The notes under the pieces: model-generated
Told to the model about the DNA's origin: nothing
The model's input: the letters and a program-made list of their open reading frames with translations, nothing else
The model's database searches: none
NCBI GenBank assembly: GCA_963835065.1
Contig: CAWIEK010000049.1
Span: 576,001 to 640,000 of the forward strand
Length of the DNA stretch: 64,000 nucleotides
Source: an uncultured Chthonomonadaceae bacterium
GTDB taxonomy: Bacteria > Armatimonadota > Chthonomonadetes > Chthonomonadales > Chthonomonadaceae
Direction: 5' to 3'
Program-made: the position numbers and the translations under genes
In this document: piece after piece, positions 18,834 to 28,971 of the stretch
How positions within the stretch are numbered: position 1 is the stretch's first letter
How the letters are laid out: every line of letters starts with the position of its first letter

Positions 18834-19937
18834 ATGAATCCTCCGACACCCAACACCCAATACCCAACACCCAACACCGGCTTCTCCCTCAACCAGTCTC
18901 GTCTTGCTCTGCTGATGCACGATAACCTGACCGGCAGATGGGGGAAGATGGGATTGGGACTGCTGCGTTACAGTGACGCCGCCATTCCCGCCGTGATTGA
19001 CCGGCAGCACGCAGGGAAGAACGCGCGGGACGTGACCAACATTCCCCGTTCCGTTCCGATTGTGGCGACAGTGGAAGAAGCCATTGCATTGGGCGCGGAC
19101 ACACTGGTACTTGGAGTCGCGCCTGCGGGCGGGGTATTGCCCTCAGATTGGTGGCAGGACATCAAAACAGGATTGGGCGAAGGCTTGTCTCTGGTAAACG
19201 GCCTGCACCTGCGCATGGAAACCGATCCCGAACTAACGCCCCTGCTGCATCCCGGACGCTGGATTTGGGATGTTCGAACCGAGCCGGAAGGCTTGCCAAA
19301 CGGCAGCGGCGCGGCGCGTACTTTGCCGTGCAAGCGCATCTTAACAGTGGGCACGGACATGGCTATCGGTAAAATGACCGCCAGCCTGGAGATGGACCGG
19401 GAAGCGAAAAAACGCGGACTGCGCTCCAAATTCCTGGCGACAGGGCAGATCGGTATTTGCATCACGGGAGATAGAACGCCGCTTGTTTCCGGTGTTGCGC
19501 TAGATGCGGTTCGGGTGGATTTCGCGTCCGGGGCTGTGGAATCTATGGTGATGCGCAACGGACACGACTATGGCCTGCTGCACGTGGAGGGGCAGGGTTC
19601 CCTCCTGCATCCCGCTTCCACCGCCTGGCTGCCGTTAATTCGGGGCGCGTGTCCCACACATCTGATTTTGGTGCATCGGGCAGGACAGCAAGGTCTGAGC
19701 CGTTACCCTGATATTGCCATCCCCCCGCTGCCTGTCGTCTGCCAATTGTATGAAACGGTATGCGCCGGGGGAGGCACACAGCCACCGGCCCGCGTTGTCG
19801 GCATCGCCCTGAACTGCGGGCATTTGAACGATGCGGACGCACAACGCGCAGTGGAACAAACGCAGGCGGAAACCGGCCTGCCGACAGTAGATGTGGTGCG
19901 GCAGGGAGCGGGCAAGCTCCTGGATGTGGCGGAATAA
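18834..19937 (+). CDS. DUF1611 family P-loop protein
   Basis: GKMGLGLLRY, VNGLH, TVGTDMAIGKMT, ATGQIG, EGQGSLLHP. Confidence 0.88.
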   Translation: MNPPTPNTQYPTPNTGFSLNQSRLALLMHDNLTGRWGKMGLGLLRYSDAAIPAVIDRQHAGKNARDVTNIPRSVPIVATVEEAIALGADTLVLGVAPAGGVLPSDWWQDIKTGLGEGLSLVNGLHLRMETDPELTPLLHPGRWIWDVRTEPEGLPNGSGAARTLPCKRILTVGTDMAIGKMTASLEMDREAKKRGLRSKFLATGQIGICITGDRTPLVSGVALDAVRVDFASGAVESMVMRNGHDYGLLHVEGQGSLLHPASTAWLPLIRGACPTHLILVHRAGQQGLSRYPDIAIPPLPVVCQLYETVCAGGGTQPPARVVGIALNCGHLNDADAQRAVEQTQAETGLPTVDVVRQGAGKLLDVAE

Positions 19938-19953
19938 GGTTACTTCCTGTGAC

Positions 19954-20805
19954 TTAAGGTTCTCTCACGATTTCTCTTGCGCAGATGTCATACCGAGACG
20001 TCGTTCTGCTGTTCCAGATGGCATTGAAATGCTCCGTAGCGGCTTGATACCAGCGGGGATTCTGCTCCTGCGTGTATTCTATGTGCGGCATGCTTGATCC
20101 CTGATGATCCCGCCAATGAAAGCCCTGACAAACGTATCCGTCCACGATGAGCAGCGTCATTGTGGGCGTTGAATCGAAAACACGGACTCCAAGACGCTCA
20201 CAGTTCTCCAGGTGGGAGGCCAGGATAGAAATCTCCTTTAATGATTTCGTGATATTCTCGTGAACGCTTTCTCTCGCTTCCTCTTCTGCCGCTTTAATCG
20301 CGTCGCTTTCCTTCAGCGCGGCCAACTTGCTGCAGCTCAGGTCAATGCCGCGATGTGCCACATGAGGGGAGGAAGGATCGAGAATAAGTATCCGCGTCTC
20401 GCCCGAACGTTCCATTGCGTTGCTCACCAGAGGCTGCGACAGACTCTCTTTGTTTACCAGCCATGTACTCAAGAAAAAGACACGCTTCGCCTGCCTTATT
20501 CTCGCCATGCACTCAGGCATGGGGAAATCGGCGATAGATGTCAAAGTACCTTTTTCCATGCGCCAGGGTCGGCTTACCGGTTCCACATGCGTCTCATAAT
20601 CCAGTTTTATGTCCAGGTACTTACAAACTTCTTCCAACGTATGTACCAGAACCGGTTCAGGTTTAAGCAGCGCATTTATCGTATTTCTCGCGATCTTCGT
20701 ACCCCGCCGTAGCGCCTCGCGCGTACAGTGTTTATTGCTCATCTGTTCATTTATCTTTTTCACCCCCTCCGGTGTCAGTTGTCTGCTGCGACTGCTGGTT
20801 GGCAT
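19954..20805 (-). CDS. XRE-like HTH plus DUF5919/PLD-like effector domain protein
   Basis: N-terminal helix-turn-helix (TREAL...ARNTINALL...TLEEVCKYLDI); RILILDPSS, LLIVDG, HFNAIW. Confidence 0.6.
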   Translation of the reverse strand: MPTSSRSRQLTPEGVKKINEQMSNKHCTREALRRGTKIARNTINALLKPEPVLVHTLEEVCKYLDIKLDYETHVEPVSRPWRMEKGTLTSIADFPMPECMARIRQAKRVFFLSTWLVNKESLSQPLVSNAMERSGETRILILDPSSPHVAHRGIDLSCSKLAALKESDAIKAAEEEARESVHENITKSLKEISILASHLENCERLGVRVFDSTPTMTLLIVDGYVCQGFHWRDHQGSSMPHIEYTQEQNPRWYQAATEHFNAIWNSRTTSRYDICAREIVREP

Positions 20806-21052
20806 TTTTCCGAACCTCCATCAACTTGTCAGGTCGAACCAGATTGAATCAGAGTAAGCGCGTTGTGTATGTTGGGCTTGTGCGGAACCATTATGAACTG
20901 AGATACTACTACCGGTACATTTTGTCAGCACATTCCGATGGGAATACATGCTTATTCTACAGGAGGCTGCATTATGGAACTTTTCGGTGGAATGCCTGGT
21001 TAAGAAGATACAGGCATGAGTTCACCCTGGAGGGCTGGAAAGAGGTCATGAC

Positions 21053-21469
21053 ATGAAAGAAACCGTTGGTTCATTTCGCATCTATCTCTACGTGGTGAGT
21101 GTCCTCGGCATACTCTCCAATCTTCTTGTGATGAGCGAGACACGGCTGTCCCTTCTGGATCGGGGGCTTGGATTCGTGGACCTGGCGCTCAATGTGGTTG
21201 TGCTTTACCTTGGCGCGACGCTTCCCTCCAAGCTGCGTTCGGACATGGGCTTTGTACAGGGAGTTCTCTGGACACTTGTTGGTCTCAGCGCGCTTGCGCT
21301 CGCTGCATCCGTGTTTCACGCGCTGGCCGGGACCGGCTCAATCCAAATCGTACCGATCATCAGCATCCTGATCGGCTTGTATCTGCTTGCAAACGCGCGC
21401 CGTTTACATTCTGAGCTTAATGCCCAGGACACTCCCTCTGACGCTGCCGGTACGCCGCCGAACTCGTGA
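21053..21469 (+). CDS. Small four-TM membrane protein
   Basis: Four hydrophobic segments, GAGG RBS. Confidence 0.65.
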   Translation: MKETVGSFRIYLYVVSVLGILSNLLVMSETRLSLLDRGLGFVDLALNVVVLYLGATLPSKLRSDMGFVQGVLWTLVGLSALALAASVFHALAGTGSIQIVPIISILIGLYLLANARRLHSELNAQDTPSDAAGTPPNS

Positions 21470-21653
21470 TTACAGCGCCCGCGAACCTATGAAGGACGAA
21501 CGCTGACAGCCACATTCGCCCTGTACAACGAAAATAGTTACATTTTCCTTGCTTGCAGGGTACGCTAAAAGGTATTATAAGCAAGTGTCAATGTGATTGT
21601 TGCTTCAGCGCGCAGGCAGGAACTGCGCCGGTTCAGGAGAATGAGGCCACCTT

Positions 21654-22823
21654 ATGAAATTTTACACCGTTCCTTTGGCAGCGCTGGGCGTGGCGATTGC
21701 CGCGCCTGCCAACTACGCGCAGACTTCCGACGCGAAAGTGACCAGCCTGATCAGCCAGGTCGCGTCCGCCTATCGCGGCCTGGACACGTTTTCCGCCACG
21801 TTAGACATGACGCAGGCGCAGCGCAAGGTGACAACGCATCTCACGCTGCAAAAGCCGTCCAAACTCGCGGCGGAGATCGTCGTGGGTACAGATCGCAGCC
21901 ATGTCGTGGCGGACGGCAAGACGATTTACACCGATACTACCCGCGATAAGACCAAATACATTCATCAGCCGGAAGCCAAACTGGGCGACGCCGTGAATGC
22001 GCTGGCGCAAAATGGCGGCGCGGGGGTGGGACTGCTGCCGATTCTGCTGACAAGTCCTGCCGCCGAAAAACAGCTGATTCCCGGCAAGCCGACGTCCCTG
22101 AAGATTGCGGCGGACGAAACCATCGGCAGCGAAGCGTGTGATGTCATCGCCGCTGTCATTGGAGATGGTGAGCAGAAGTCGCTGTTCAAGTTCGCCTTTG
22201 CCAAACAGGACCATTTGCTGCGCCAACTCTCCATCGGCCCCGCCACGGAGGGAGCCAAGCCGACTATCGTGGAAACGTACTCGGAGGTAAACCTGCACCC
22301 GGATGTGAACACGGACACGTTCAAGTACACGCCGCCTGCCGGGGCTGTCGCGTCCGACCCGCCCAAAGAGCGGCCTATGTACGATCCGCGTCTCAAAGTC
22401 GGCGCTATGCCGCTGGCAATCTCCGGCAACGACATGGCGGGCAAGCCCGTGTCCCTGGATCAGTACAAAGGCAAAGTGCTGCTGATTGACTTTTGGGCGA
22501 CGTGGTGCGGGCCGTGCGTGGCCGAACTGCCGAACGTGATTGCCGCCTACAAGAAGTACCACAGCAAGGGCTTTGAAATCGTGGGCGTATCGCTGGATCA
22601 GGCCAATGCCGGGCCGAAAGTGTCGGCCTTTACGCAGGCCAAGGGCATGCCCTGGCGTCAAATCTACGACGGCAAATTCTGGGAAGCCGCAAACGCCAAA
22701 GCGTATGGCGTACAGTCCATCCCCTTTACCCTCCTGGTCGGCACGGACGGAAAAATCGCCGCTGTGGGAGCGCGGGGCGAGGATCTCGCGCCCGCTATTG
22801 AAGCGGCCCTGGCGAAGCATTAA
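21654..22823 (+). CDS. Secreted LolA/DUF2092-like domain fused to TlpA-type redoxin
   Basis: Signal peptide; DFWATWCGPC; QSIP cis-Pro loop. Confidence 0.88.
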   Translation: MKFYTVPLAALGVAIAAPANYAQTSDAKVTSLISQVASAYRGLDTFSATLDMTQAQRKVTTHLTLQKPSKLAAEIVVGTDRSHVVADGKTIYTDTTRDKTKYIHQPEAKLGDAVNALAQNGGAGVGLLPILLTSPAAEKQLIPGKPTSLKIAADETIGSEACDVIAAVIGDGEQKSLFKFAFAKQDHLLRQLSIGPATEGAKPTIVETYSEVNLHPDVNTDTFKYTPPAGAVASDPPKERPMYDPRLKVGAMPLAISGNDMAGKPVSLDQYKGKVLLIDFWATWCGPCVAELPNVIAAYKKYHSKGFEIVGVSLDQANAGPKVSAFTQAKGMPWRQIYDGKFWEAANAKAYGVQSIPFTLLVGTDGKIAAVGARGEDLAPAIEAALAKH

Positions 22824-22836
22824 ACGAGCTATTCAA

Positions 22837-22880
22837 GCCCTCACCCCAACCCCTCTCCCAAAAAGCCTGGGAGAGGGGCT
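22837..22880. repeat. CCCTCACCCC/CCCTCTCCC...GGGAGAGGG palindromic repeat, possible terminator
   Basis: CCCCTCTCCCA-loop-TGGGAGAGGGG directly after stop codon. Confidence 0.7.
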
Positions 22881-23149
22881 AATCTGAATTTCACCAACCC
22901 CTTTCCAAAAGAGCCTGACAGCGAGCCGCAATGCTCATTGCCAGGCTTTTGTGTCAGGCTTTCTATAGAACAGGCTGTCGAAGAAGGAGGAATTTGAGCC
23001 GCTTACGATGAAAGTCCAGCCTGAAACACAGGTATCAGGATAGTCTGCATGAACTACGTTCACCCTGGAGCATGAACATGCCGGAGTGACCGAACACCGA
23101 ATACCAAATACCGAACACCGAACACCGGCATTTCAGGCAAGGAGCGCGG

Positions 23150-24646
23150 ATGATCGCGGGGACAGAGAATACAGGGGCACACCTACGCACAGCCGACAAG
23201 CCGTCCGGCGCGGCGATTCTGGCGAAAAACCGGCAATTCTTGCTGCGTTATGGCTGCGCGATTATTTCCACTACCCTCGCGCTTATCATTCGTATCCTGC
23301 TTATGCCGGCAGTGCAAGCGCGCTTTCCCTACGCCTTGATGTATTTCGCAATCACGCTGACGGCATGGTACGGCGGGTTTGGTCCCGCGCTGTTTGCGAT
23401 GATTGTGGGCTATCTGGAAGTGGCTTACTTCCTTGTGCCTCCCTACCATACCTTTGTCATTACCAACGTATACGATCTGATCGGGTTCGTGGTCTTTGTG
23501 TTTCTCGGTTTGGCGAATATCCTCTTCAGCGAATCGCTGCGCCGGGCGCAGGCGCGCGCCGAAGCGAGCGCGGAGCAGGCGCGAAACACCGCCGACGCTC
23601 TGCGCGCCAGCGAGTCGCGGCGCATTGAAAGCGAGGAACGCCTGCGCATGGCCGCCGACGCCGCGCGAATGGGCGTGTGGAGCTATTCCCCCGAAGCCGG
23701 GGAACTGACCCTTTCCCCGGCGGGCGCGCGGGTGATGGGACTGCCGCCCGAACAAACCACGCTGACCAATACGGGCCTGCTGGAACGCATTTATGCGGCG
23801 GACAAACTGTATGTGATGCGCGCCATCCGCAACACGCTGGACAACCAGGCGGTTTTCGACGCTGAGTACCGCGTGGTGTGGCCGGACAAATCCATTCACT
23901 GGCTGGCGACGCGGGGCGAAGCCCTGCGCAACGCGCATACGGGAGAGACGCTGTTCAGTGGCGTGGTGCAGGAAATCACGCAGCGCAAGCAGACGGAACA
24001 GGAACGCGACGCGCATCTCAGGGAAATCGAGGCGCTGAACGGACAGCTGAAATTGGCAATGGCGGAAACCCATCATCGCGTGAAGAACAACCTGCAAGTG
24101 ATCGCGGCCATGATTGACATGCAGACGATGGAGGACACGCCCACCCTGCCCCGCGACGAGTTTCTGCGCCTGGGCCAGCACGTCCGCACCCTGGCAACCA
24201 TCCACGAAATTCTTACGCAAAAAGCCAAAGAACAGGGCGACGCGCAAACGCTTTCCGCCCGCGCCCTGCTGCGCCACTTACTGACAACCTTGCAGCGCGC
24301 GCACCAGAACCGCGCGCTGCGGCAGCAAATAGACGACGCGACGCTTTCCACCCGGCACGGAACCGCGCTGGCGCTGATCGCCAACGAATTGGTCAGCAAC
24401 GCGGTGAAACATGCGACGGGCGCGATTGAAGTGCGGTTCGTGGTGCAGGGGAACATCGCCATGCTGGAAGTGTGCGACGACGGCGCGGGCTTTCCCCCGG
24501 ATTTCAACGCGAGCAAAGCCGCCAACACGGGGCTGGAATTGATACAAACCCTGACAAACGCCGACCTGACCGGCAACCTCGCCTTCAGCAACCGTCCCGA
24601 AGGCGGCGGGCGCGTATGCGTCACCTTCGCCATCACCAGCATGTAG
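23150..24646 (+). CDS. Sensor histidine kinase (DUF4118-like TM, PAS, HisKA_2, HATPase)
   Basis: ETHHRVKNNLQ, NELVSNAVKHA, DDGAG, TGLELI; PAS end EYRVVWPDKSIHW. Confidence 0.92.
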   Translation: MIAGTENTGAHLRTADKPSGAAILAKNRQFLLRYGCAIISTTLALIIRILLMPAVQARFPYALMYFAITLTAWYGGFGPALFAMIVGYLEVAYFLVPPYHTFVITNVYDLIGFVVFVFLGLANILFSESLRRAQARAEASAEQARNTADALRASESRRIESEERLRMAADAARMGVWSYSPEAGELTLSPAGARVMGLPPEQTTLTNTGLLERIYAADKLYVMRAIRNTLDNQAVFDAEYRVVWPDKSIHWLATRGEALRNAHTGETLFSGVVQEITQRKQTEQERDAHLREIEALNGQLKLAMAETHHRVKNNLQVIAAMIDMQTMEDTPTLPRDEFLRLGQHVRTLATIHEILTQKAKEQGDAQTLSARALLRHLLTTLQRAHQNRALRQQIDDATLSTRHGTALALIANELVSNAVKHATGAIEVRFVVQGNIAMLEVCDDGAGFPPDFNASKAANTGLELIQTLTNADLTGNLAFSNRPEGGGRVCVTFAITSM

Positions 24647-24805
24647 ATTTATGCCCCGCGAAAAAGGCAGAGGGAAAGAGGAGAAAAGAAGAAAAGAAGA
24701 AAAGAAGAAGAGAAGAAATAGACAGGATTAAGGGGATTAGAAGGATTAAACAGGATTAGGAACCGAGATGAGCTGCCTGTTTGTTCTGAACTGGATGTTC
24801 AAATT

Positions 24806-25075
24806 ACAGAAAAGGATATGTAGAGTCATCGTCGAAATCTTGGCAATACAGCGCTTCCAGCCCGATGTCTCGTTGTGTCAAGTTGTAGGAGAGAGGCGTC
24901 GTGACCTCGTAAGCGTCAGGGCGAACGGGAGGGGTGAAACATAGGACTGGCACCTCCCTTCCGGTGTCTAACATTTGAAAAGTAGACGTTGTTCTGCTAT
25001 TTAGACGACTGCATTGGGCAAAGGGTTCACTGTTTTTGCGTGATTTGGCTCTTTTTTATGTTTCTTGTATTTTTC
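24806..25075. repeat. ~270-bp dispersed element, copy A
   Basis: Colinear homology to 62460..62728 (TATGTAGAG, CGTCGAAATCTTGGCAAT, TGTCTCGTTGTGTCAAGTTGTA, AAGCGTCAGGGCG, GGCAAAGGGTTC, ATTTGGCTCTTTTT). Confidence 0.85.
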
Positions 25076-25394
25076 TGGGACGAAGGTTTTCCTCTCGCGC
25101 AAATAGGTTTCACAAAGCGGTTTCAACACATCCACAGAGTTCATTTCTCCTAATCAAAGATGCTTGTGCGTTCGCCATGTAAGTCGCTGTTTCCTCCCGA
25201 ACAGCTCTGTGCTAACAAGACAAGGGTTGTAATGATAGAAGCACCCTGTCTATTTTGCCGGAATTTAATGAAAAACAATTAATTTGATACCAAGGAGGTT
25301 CCAGAAGTATGTTTGGCATGATTCTTGCAATAGTAGAACTAACAGTATGTTGTTGAACATTACTGCCTCACACTTTGTTACCGGAGACCATCCT

Positions 25395-26111
25395 ATGCGT
25401 TATGGCCGAACAACCTTTTTGCTGGCTGCTATCGCCTTGACCTGCTCTGGCGCGGCACATGCCCAATTCTCCACTAATCTCATTGTCAATTCCGACGCGG
25501 AAGCCGGAACCGGATCGGCAACCGGCAATGACATCGAGACCGTACCTGGCTGGACGACATCGGGCAACTTCACAGTTGTACAGTATGATATTGGCGGGGG
25601 CTTCCCTGCTTCCACAGACCCCAGCCCCGCGAATCGCGGCAGTAACTTCTTTGCCGGTGGCCCCGCTAACGGGGGATCGTTCGCAACGCAGTCTATCAAC
25701 GTTGCGACTGGCGCGACCACGATTGATTTAGGCAACGTTACCTACAATCTCTCAGGATACCTGGGTGGATTCGACGGTCAGCGTGATAATGCAACGCTAA
25801 CAGCCACCTTCCTCGATGGCTCCAATGCGACACTGGGAACCGCCAGCATTGGGCCTGTGTCGGAGGCAGATCGCAATGGCTTGACCGGCCTTTTGTTACG
25901 CGGCAACAGTGGACTCCTGCCCACCGGCGTCCGCACCATTAACTTGACCCTGAATATGGTGCGGGTGGATGGTTCTTATAACGACGGCTATGCCGATAAT
26001 CTATCCCTTGTTTTAACGGCTTCTCCCGTTCCCGAACCCGGCACGGTCGCTTTTCTCATCGGGATGAGTATAACCGGCGCAGGCTTCCTCGCCCGCCGCT
26101 GCAAAAACTAG
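25395..26111 (+). CDS. PEP-CTERM sorting domain surface protein
   Basis: Signal peptide AAHA-Q; C-terminal VPEPG + TM + RRCK. Confidence 0.9.
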   Translation: MRYGRTTFLLAAIALTCSGAAHAQFSTNLIVNSDAEAGTGSATGNDIETVPGWTTSGNFTVVQYDIGGGFPASTDPSPANRGSNFFAGGPANGGSFATQSINVATGATTIDLGNVTYNLSGYLGGFDGQRDNATLTATFLDGSNATLGTASIGPVSEADRNGLTGLLLRGNSGLLPTGVRTINLTLNMVRVDGSYNDGYADNLSLVLTASPVPEPGTVAFLIGMSITGAGFLARRCKN

Positions 26112-26365
26112 ATGAGGAGAGGGGGAGAATAGGAGAAAAGGAGAGTGGGAACCGCGAAACACACGAAGTAAACGAAAAAAGAACCAAAAGAATACAGGCA
26201 AATCCACAGATGCCGTCAAAGGTTGCAAACAAACAGGCTTCCGTTCTCGGTTCGTAATCCTGTTCAATCCTTCTAATCCCGTTTATCCTGTCTATTTCCT
26301 TTTCTCTTTTTCCCTCTTTTCGTTTGGTTCGCGTGTTTCGCGGTTCCCACTCTCCTTTTCTCCCT
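26112..26365. repeat. Nested palindromic repeat element
   Basis: GGAGAAAAGGAGAGTGGGAACCGCGAAACAC ... GTGTTTCGCGGTTCCCACTCTCCTTTTCTCC enclosing AATCCTGT-type repeats. Confidence 0.85.
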
Positions 26366-26376
26366 CGAATTGCGCG

Positions 26377-26613
26377 TTAAGCCTGCTTTGAAAGGGCTTC
26401 GGCAAAATGTTCGTAGTGGATGTTGTGGTCGCCCGGAAACGGCTCCCGATGATCATTGTCACCGTTCCATATCTCTTCCGGGATGCTGTCCGGCTCGGTA
26501 TACGCATCACAGCTTGGCGTTGTCACCAATCTAAGATGAACGCATGTGGAACAGGTAGGGCTGATAAAGCGCGCCCTCCGCGGCGTATCGTCAATGACAA
26601 GCATTCTGCTCAC
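26377..26613 (-). CDS. Small Cys/His protein (CxxCxH...C...IPEEIWNG..DH..PFPGD)
   Basis: GGAGGAGG RBS; GTGA overlap with upstream gene. Confidence 0.7.
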   Translation of the reverse strand: MSRMLVIDDTPRRARFISPTCSTCVHLRLVTTPSCDAYTEPDSIPEEIWNGDNDHREPFPGDHNIHYEHFAEALSKQA

Positions 26614-27206
26614 CTCCTCCGCTTATTATAAACAATTCCTGTGCGATTTGCAACCTCTTGCCAGGTTCTATCTAACAGCGCGGCATGGTACTCGTTTTCA
26701 GATGTGAAAGTATCCAATTGTTTTCGCAAGCCGCGAGCGGCAGCAATTTCTGCTTCCACGCGGGCCGGATTGACCACTTGCGTCCACAATGCCGCATCCC
26801 ATCCGGTCGGCGGCGGCTGCATGGAAAAGGTGTATTCTCCTGTTACGACGCGCATTTCCCGCACTTGCGCTTCGCAGGCCGTCTTTATATCCGTGTCACC
26901 AAACGGCGTTCCCGCAGGGTGATTGTGCGTGACAACAGCGCCCTTCATACGTTCGGTTTCTTCCGTGCGGAACACAATGCGCGGCGTTGGAGAAGAGAGG
27001 CTGAACAGGTACTTTCCCTGCGCATCAAAAGCGACTACCGTTTCGCCGGATGTTTTATCTCGTATTCGTGCCTCCGCTTTTTCCAATGAAGAAAAGCGGA
27101 AACGGTTCACGAAATTCTCATAGCGTTCAATCAAAGGTTTGCTTTTCTTTAGGCAGCGCTCGGCAACGCAAAAGACTGAATGAACTGCGGAACAAAGCCC
27201 TTCCAT
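26610..27206 (-). CDS. JAB/MPN-like (THNHP) domain protein resembling phage MuF C-terminal extensions; start uncertain
   Basis: ETVVAFDAQG...VVTHNHPAGTPFGDTD...EMRVVT. Confidence 0.6.
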   Translation of the reverse strand: MEGLCSAVHSVFCVAERCLKKSKPLIERYENFVNRFRFSSLEKAEARIRDKTSGETVVAFDAQGKYLFSLSSPTPRIVFRTEETERMKGAVVTHNHPAGTPFGDTDIKTACEAQVREMRVVTGEYTFSMQPPPTGWDAALWTQVVNPARVEAEIAAARGLRKQLDTFTSENEYHAALLDRTWQEVANRTGIVYNKRRR

Positions 27207-27263
27207 GATGTTCTCATGGAAGGGCTATCGCATATTACCAACCACCAACCACCAACCACTACA

Positions 27264-28664
27264 TTAGATGGAGAAACCGGAGCGGTAGTGGGGTTTGATG
27301 ATGTCGTTAATGTCCGACGAGGCGTTTTTGGCATGCAGTTTCTTGGCGTCCCATTCGATGCGGCCTTTTTCGCCCGTCGTGCCCGCCGCCCAAACGGCCA
27401 GATTGCCGAGCAGAATGGTTTCGGTCAGCGGCCCTGAGTAGTCGGGGAAGTTGGACATGGCCGGTTCCGCGTTGTTGGTGCGAATGGCATTGACGAACTC
27501 CTCGAAGTGGCCGGGGGATTTCGGGAACGGCGCTTCCACGGTTACGCCCGCAACGATCCTGCCCCGCGTACCATAGTCGCCCGGCGTGTACAGCTTGCCC
27601 TTGTCGCCGATAATCAGTGAACCGCTGTCAGACAGTTTGTTGTCTTCGATCAAGTCCGCGGCGGGGAACGGGTCGCCGGACACTTTTTCCGCAGGCGGCA
27701 GGTTGTGGCCGTCGTACCAGTACATCGTCAGCGCGGGGCGGGAATATTTGGCCGTCTTAATGGCCGGGAACTGGAACGTGATTTTGGACGAGTTGGGATA
27801 GCTGTCCTTGTTGGTTCCCGACGAGGTCGCTTCCACGCTGGTCGGCCAGCGCAGGTCCAGCGCCATGTAGGGCAGGTTTACGGTATGGCAGGCCATATCG
27901 CCCAATGCTCCCGTGCCGAAGTCCCACCAGCCGCGCCACGCGAAGGAGTGGTAGCCCGCCTTGCGGCCGTTGCCGCTCACGAACGGGCGCTCCGGCGCGG
28001 GGCCAAGCCACAAATCCCAATGCACGTTGGCCGGCACGGGTTCGGGTGTGGGACGGCTGACGCCCTGCGGCCAGATGGGGCGATTGGTCCAGACATGCAC
28101 TTCCGTGACCGTGCCTAATGCGCCCGCCCGCACTTTGAAGGCGTTGGCGCGCAGTGTGTCTTCGGCTGTGCCCTGATTGCCCATCTGCGTAGCGACCTTG
28201 TGCTTGCGCGCCAGGTCGCCCAGATACCGCGCCTCATAAATGCTGTGCGTGAGCGGCTTCTGGCAGAAACAGTGGATGTTGCGCATGATGGCGAGCGAGG
28301 CCGCGTGAACGTGGTGGTGGTCGGGCGTCGTGACCGTCACCGCGTCAATGTCCTTGCCCATCTCATCGAACAACTTGCGATAATCGTTGTACTTTTTGGA
28401 AACATTGTACTGCTGCGCGGCGGAGTTGAGCGTGTTGTCGTCCACGTCGCAGACCGCGATAATGTTTCCGAAGCGGGCCGTCGTCCGAATATCGTCTGCG
28501 CCCTTGCCGCCTACGCCAATGCTGGCGAAGTTGATGCGTTCATTGGCTCCGATGATCCGGTGCTGCGGCGTGGAAGCGGCCCACGTTTTGTCGGCCATCC
28601 ACACGCCCGCGCCCGTGACCGCCGCAGTACGGAGAAACTCGCGACGACTTTGTTGCTGACTCAT
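27264..28664 (-). CDS. Tat-exported Gfo/Idh/MocA family oxidoreductase
   Basis: SRREFL Tat motif, IGVGGKG, TPDHHH, CQKPL, GALGDMACH. Confidence 0.93.
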   Translation of the reverse strand: MSQQQSRREFLRTAAVTGAGVWMADKTWAASTPQHRIIGANERINFASIGVGGKGADDIRTTARFGNIIAVCDVDDNTLNSAAQQYNVSKKYNDYRKLFDEMGKDIDAVTVTTPDHHHVHAASLAIMRNIHCFCQKPLTHSIYEARYLGDLARKHKVATQMGNQGTAEDTLRANAFKVRAGALGTVTEVHVWTNRPIWPQGVSRPTPEPVPANVHWDLWLGPAPERPFVSGNGRKAGYHSFAWRGWWDFGTGALGDMACHTVNLPYMALDLRWPTSVEATSSGTNKDSYPNSSKITFQFPAIKTAKYSRPALTMYWYDGHNLPPAEKVSGDPFPAADLIEDNKLSDSGSLIIGDKGKLYTPGDYGTRGRIVAGVTVEAPFPKSPGHFEEFVNAIRTNNAEPAMSNFPDYSGPLTETILLGNLAVWAAGTTGEKGRIEWDAKKLHAKNASSDINDIIKPHYRSGFSI

Positions 28665-28971
28665 GTTGCTGTCCTTTGGTGTGCGGAAGAACAAACGTTG
28701 GCTGCCAGCGTTGTTCTCCTGAGTGGATAAAAAACAGTGCAGAAGAGGATGCCGGCGCAGCATCCCGCGCATTTCTGCCTTCCAGGGTATTGTTCTCTTA
28801 GCGATATACGACTTCCTGCTCTATTATAATACACGAAGGGCGTTCCTGTTGCAAATCTATTGCCATCCCGCGCAATTTTCCGGCGGCAAAAATGCCGACG
28901 CGAGGGCGGAACGCCATACAGCGCAGGGGTTCCGCTCGTCGCCACAACCCCCAACCTGACGGCGAAGGGTA

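Noticed and set aside
24803..24952. ~49-codon minus-strand frame (VPVLCFTPPVRPDAYE...YPFL) in the dispersed element
   Set aside because: The frame is broken in copy B and the RBS spacing favours the 8-aa ORF; cannot be fully excluded given the indel rate
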